64,000 nucleotides of DNA from Octopus vulgaris (Eukaryota): the NCBI GenBank assembly GCA_951406725.2, contig OX597815.1, positions 124,620,001 through 124,684,000 on the forward strand. Reading direction: 5' to 3'. Both the position numbers and the translations under genes were made by a program. A model generated the notes under the pieces. The model was given only the letters and a program-made list of their open reading frames with translations. It was not told the origin of the DNA and ran no database searches. This document shows positions 62,131-64,000 of this stretch, piece after piece. The first letter of the stretch is position 1, and each line of letters begins with the position of its first letter.

Positions 62131-63584
62131 GGGTCGTATTAGACGCAGCCCTGATTGCCGCAAAGGTGAGTGTATCCACTAACAGCTTTTCGGTGCGTTC
62201 AAAAATCGCAAGCCAATCCCACCCACCCACCTAATTTCCATGACAGGTTAGGGCCTGGAATATTCCAGATGCATGACATGTCGCTTAGTACAATTAGCCC
62301 ATCATTTACTTCACAAATGTTTTGTCGTCAATGCAGCACTTTCTCGTGTCACCTATTTCAACATAACTGTAATGTATATACAAAATATGCCATTTTAATC
62401 CCCAGCAACGAGACAGGTATCTCTGCTAGTACACTAATAAAAACCGTGAAGGCCAGACCACGCTGTAACTTCATTCAGTTGATATATTATTCTATACACA
62501 TGTACACAAATTCGGAATATATATATATATTACTAATGGCTGAAACAGTAGCAAGTTCCTTACCATCGCTCAGTAACATAAGCTTTAAGCATAATTGTGG
62601 TAGCAATAGTAGTGGTAGTAGCAGCTGCATCCTTCGGCAATCGATGATCATAATCGGTATCGTAAATACCATGCGGTAATTATTTTTATGTTCTCGCTTT
62701 AATTTCCACCGGGGTTCATTTTGCCATTCGTATGCAGAGCCTGGTGCGGTGGATATGGATAAAATATGCAGCAATCAAATTCTGTAGTCTATGAAATCGA
62801 CTTTTTGCCTTCCCCAAATGTATATTAGCCTTCTGCCTGAGACTTTTTAAATCATTAGCTGTGGCAGTAGTTGCCACAACAACAGCAACCCCCTTTCTCC
62901 TCTTTCTCATCATCGTCATCATATTTACCATCATAATTATGCGGTAGTGTAGTCAGCAGTTTTCAATTGCAAATTGGAAAGATTGGTTACAGTCGTGATG
63001 CATCTTCTCTTGTTTTATTCAGCTTACAGTTTCAGAAATACTAAAAATAAAAGAAAGCAAAAAAAAAAAAAAAAAAAAGATAGAAAAAAGAAGAATTCTA
63101 GACATTGCCCTCTGGGAACAAAGTGTAAAATCAAATTTTTGTTTTTTTATTTTAACAATGTCAATTAGTATACGCACACATCTAAAAATGTTTTGTTTGT
63201 GTCAGCAAATTGCTAACGAATACCTTTGTTTTATTCATCTAGCTAGCCGGCAGATAATGTTGTGTAACTCCATACTCTGAAAGAATGCTAATTTGTTTAT
63301 TGCTTTATGGTTTTTATTGTTCCAAAGATCATGTGGGATTTTGGCATGTATACATCTTCAGATGTTGTTTAAGCCGCCCAGTCATGACGAGTTTTTGAGT
63401 CTTTGGTTTTTATCTTATTTTTCTTTTGTGTGTAATGATGTATTTCGTTGCGTCACTTGTGTCTCTTAGTCTCACACAGACACAAGCGCACATTTATGTA
63501 TGTGTGTGTGTATGTATGTATGTATGTATGTATGTATGTATGTATGTATGTGTGTGTGTGTGCTTCTATACATAAATACCTAAA

Positions 63585-63628
<44 letters not shown>

Positions 63629-64000
63629 GTTGAGTGTATGTGTACTGCGGTTTTTGTCGTTACTATGGTTTAAATTTTGGCACTTGTTTATTTTCCCTTA
63701 TTCTTGTAATGCGGTATATTTAGTTAGTTAGATGCACATAACCTTCACAACCAAACTGTCATGTATATGCTTTTGATTTGTATATACTTATGCGCGTATA
63801 GATATGAGACAGTTGCAGCATCAACAGAAATGATTGCAAAGAGCTAACTAGTTAGATAAGAATATACGCAAAACATAGAGATGCACACTCATACATGCGC
63901 AGAAACACACGTACAAGCGTACCTCGCGCGCGCGTGTGTGTGTGTACGTGCGTGCGTGTATGCGCGTAAGCACGACTTAGTTTAAAGACAAAAGTATACT

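Noticed and set aside
62170-62934. ORFs of 169, 95 and 72 aa
   Set aside because: No motifs, overlapping on both strands, partly low complexity.

Overview
AT-rich eukaryotic (animal) genomic DNA, intergenic or deep intronic, with no intact host gene that I can support. The dense (TA)n/(TG)n/(TAA)n/(GATA)n/(TATG)n microsatellites and the SINE/LINE set suggest a coleoid cephalopod (Octopus-like); this is an inference. DNA transposons: four mariner elements with TIRs from about three subfamilies, and two Helitron remnants (a PIF1 helicase piece; a 5' end plus Rep N-terminus). Non-LTR retrotransposons: two nests of R4/Dong-type fragments in (TAA)n arrays, a young 5'-truncated Tx1/L1-clade LINE in a (GATA)n array, an older Tx1 copy, and RTE and CR1-like fragments. 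There are also many tRNA-derived SINEs. Almost all ORFs in the supplied track are microsatellite artefacts. Most notable: (1) a SINE family shares its 3' tail and a TATCT insertion site with the Tx1 LINE, a candidate microsatellite-targeting LINE/SINE pair; (2) two templated insertions (a perfect 109-bp inverted copy, and a 57-bp mariner patch inside a SINE); (3) a 34-bp-stem pre-miRNA-like hairpin; (4) a consensus-like recursive splice-site motif; (5) several degenerate hammerhead-ribozyme-like cassettes. Coordinates were read by eye and may be off by a few bases.
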